DNA of 58,701 nucleotides from Azoarcus sp. (GTDB taxonomy: Bacteria > Pseudomonadota > Gammaproteobacteria > Burkholderiales > Rhodocyclaceae), in assembly GCA_013911595.1 (NCBI GenBank), contig JACESY010000001.1:1-58701 (forward strand), read 5' to 3'. Below, in pieces: positions 56,468 to 58,701 of this stretch. A program made the position numbers and the translations under genes. How positions within the stretch are numbered: position 1 is the first letter of the stretch; the number at the start of each line of letters is the position of its first letter. Below the pieces are notes generated by a model. That model was not told the origin of the DNA and made no database searches. It saw only the letters and a program-made list of their open reading frames with translations.

Positions 56468-58123
56468 CTATACCTTCACGCGAGCCAGCGTCTCATTCAA
56501 TCCGGTCGCTACATCGGCTAGCGTACCGGAGGATTGGGCAACGTGCATGACGGCTTCCGCGCTGTCCTCGGATCTCTGCGCGATCTGTTCGACGTTGTGC
56601 GCAATCTCGTTCGCGGCGCTCGACTGCTCGCGGGTGGCCAGTTCGATGCCGTCGATCAGTTGCAGCGTCTGTTCGGCCGAGGTCTTGATCTCGGCCAGCG
56701 CCCTGGCCGTCGACAGCACGCTCTCGACGCTGACCTCTACCTGCTCCTCGCCGCGCTCGACCGCCGTGACGGCAGCACGGGTTTCCGCAGCCAGTGCCTC
56801 GATGATGCCGGTGATCTCGGTCGTCGACTGGCTGGTGCGTTCAGCCAGCTTGCGTACCTCGTCGGCGACGACGGCGAATCCGCGGCCCGATTCGCCGGCT
56901 CGCGCGGCCTCGATGGCGGCGTTCAGGGCGAGCAGATTGGTCTGTGCCGCGATCTCCGAGATCACCGCGACGATCTTGCCGATTTCCTGCGAGGAATGGG
57001 ACAACTGCTCCATGGTTTGAGTCGTGTCTCGAACGTTGGCCGCCAGTTCGCGGATCTGCGCGGCTGCGCGTTCGGCCGTCTCGATGCCTTCCTCCGCATC
57101 GTGCGCGCTTTTTCGGGCGGATACGGCGGTGTCCTTGACGTTGTTGGCCACCTCGTTGATGGCGACGGTCACCTGCTCCACGGCGGCTGCGGTGGAGGCT
57201 GCGGCCTCGCTGGTGGCGCCAGCACTCTGCGAGATGCCGTCGATGGCCTGCGAGAGCGCACCCGACTGGGTCTGGGTCTGGCTTGCGGCGCCTTGGACAT
57301 TGATCATGATGGCTTGAAGGTTGGCCATCATGGCGTTGTAGGCATCGGAAATCTCGCCGATCTCGTCGCGCCGCATGCACGGCACCACACGGCGCAGGTC
57401 CCCGTCATGCTGGGTATCGTTCATCGTGTCGCGCAACGTGCGCAGATCGCGCATCGCCGTCGGGACGAGGCCCAGCGACACGTAGCCAAGGATCATCAGC
57501 GCAGCGACGAAGGTCGCCAGCAACGCCCAGCCCTGGGTCGCGTGCAGGAACTGCGCAAAGCCGCCCATCCCTTCGACGCCTTCGAGGAACAGCCCCAGGA
57601 TGAGCACGGCGACGGCGCCGAGCGCGACCTGCAACTTCATGCGCAGGCTCAATCCGCCGATGCGCCCCGCCAGGCCCTTGCGCACCACGCGTCCGCGCTC
57701 GACGGTCAGCGTGCGTCCCTCGCGCACCTTGCGGTAGGCCGATTCCAGTTTGGGTTTCAGATCGGCCGGCACGGTGCGGCGCACCGATTCGTAGCCGGTG
57801 ATCTTGCCGTTCTCGCGCACCGGCGAGGCGAATGCATGCACCCAGTAGAAGCCGCCGTCCTTGCGCCGGTTCTTGACGTAGCCGGCCCAGGGGTTGCCTG
57901 CCTTCAGTGCGCCCCACAGGTCGGCGAAGGCGGCCGTGGGCATATCAGGGTGACGCACGAGGTTGTGTGGCGAGCCGAGCAACTCCTCGCGGGAGAAGCC
58001 GGAAAGTTCGACGAACAGATCGTTGGCCGCGACGATGGTGCCGGACAGATCCGTGCGGCTGTAGATGAAGCGTCCCTCGGGAACGGGAGTTTCGACGTTG
58101 GTGACAGGCTGATTGTTGCGCAT
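56468..58123 (-). CDS. Aer-like PAS-containing methyl-accepting chemotaxis protein
   Basis: [41 protein letters not shown], 2 [39 protein letters not shown]. Confidence 0.93.
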   Translation of the reverse strand: MRNNQPVTNVETPVPEGRFIYSRTDLSGTIVAANDLFVELSGFSREELLGSPHNLVRHPDMPTAAFADLWGALKAGNPWAGYVKNRRKDGGFYWVHAFASPVRENGKITGYESVRRTVPADLKPKLESAYRKVREGRTLTVERGRVVRKGLAGRIGGLSLRMKLQVALGAVAVLILGLFLEGVEGMGGFAQFLHATQGWALLATFVAALMILGYVSLGLVPTAMRDLRTLRDTMNDTQHDGDLRRVVPCMRRDEIGEISDAYNAMMANLQAIMINVQGAASQTQTQSGALSQAIDGISQSAGATSEAAASTAAAVEQVTVAINEVANNVKDTAVSARKSAHDAEEGIETAERAAAQIRELAANVRDTTQTMEQLSHSSQEIGKIVAVISEIAAQTNLLALNAAIEAARAGESGRGFAVVADEVRKLAERTSQSTTEITGIIEALAAETRAAVTAVERGEEQVEVSVESVLSTARALAEIKTSAEQTLQLIDGIELATREQSSAANEIAHNVEQIAQRSEDSAEAVMHVAQSSGTLADVATGLNETLARVKV

Positions 58124-58385
58124 CGGCGACTCCCGGAAAGTTTGTGCGGCTCAGGTCGGACAACCGCAAGGCCGCCTCTACGCTTGTTATCGGCGTGTCG
58201 AATCGATTCTTTAGCCCGCGCCATTACCTTCCCGACGCGCCATGACGGCGCATGCACCCTTCGCGAACCCCACGCGCAACGCTTCGGTCTGCTCCTCGAA
58301 CAAGCACTCCCAATGTGGCCTGCTGCCGGTTTCTCGGACATCTTGACGGGAGATTGTCGCCGCCGCCAAGCCGTGCCACGCGACG

Positions 58386-58701
58386 CTAGGTTCTGTTCAC
58401 ATATAGCGATATGAAATCACCGCACACACAACGCGCACGAATGCCAGATAGCTGCGGGCGAGTTTGTCGTAACGCGTGGCGATCCGTCGAAAATGCTTGA
58501 TGCGATTGAAGAAGCGCTCGATCAGGTTGCGTTCGCGGTAGGCGCTGCGGTCGTACTGCCTGGGTTCGATGCGGTTGGAGCGCGGCGGAATGACCGCTTG
58601 CGCACCGGACGCTTCGACGCTCGTTACCAACGCGTTGGCATCGTAGCCTTTGTCGGCCACAAGGCTGGCGCAGGGCAGCTCGGCAATGAGCTCGTTCGCA
58701 C
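58386..58701 (-). mobile_element. IS5-family (IS427-like) element, 3' part of transposase (stop at 58397) and terminal IR; continues beyond the window
   Basis: ADKGYD, AVIPPRSNR, YRERNLIERFFNRIKHFRRIATRYDK; CTAG target-like site next to GGTTCTGTTCACA. Confidence 0.9.

Noticed and set aside
33-58414. Many long overlapping ORFs (e.g. 33-980, 871-2403, 12601-14418, 16624-18339, 34103-36109, 37027-38757, 56534-58414)
   Set aside because: They are antisense or alternate-frame shadows of well-supported genes in high-GC DNA and show no family motifs

Overview
GC-rich chromosomal window, probably from a betaproteobacterium (Rhodocyclaceae-like by gene content; inference). It is mostly accessory catabolic and transport modules. 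In order: an enolase-superfamily gene with a TTT transporter and GntR regulator; mscS; an ArsR regulator with a quinone oxidoreductase; three tandem type II toxin-antitoxin pairs, the vapBC pair bracketed by 28-bp direct repeats; metE and metR separated by a large repeat lipoprotein; a sulfatase/TTT/TauE operon; a TRAP/FAD-oxidoreductase operon; a DUF4398-OmpA lipoprotein with a 213-aa tandem-repeat rod; an IPTL-CTERM protein; and a 12-kb amide-utilisation island. The island holds AmiS/UreI, a PAS-LuxR regulator, a permease-fused histidine kinase, a REC-degenerate EAL protein, fmdA/fmdB, an AraC-amidase fusion and a Tat-exported amidase paralogue. After it come an IS3 stub cut off by a probable Tn7-like left end, a LysR/TRAP/cyclase/CobW/amidase operon, a midcut-by-XrtH-like protein, a GAF-PAS-GGDEF-EAL protein, an Aer-like chemoreceptor and the end of an IS5-family element. 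No rRNA, tRNA or CRISPR array was seen. All calls come from reading motifs by eye; no database searches were run.
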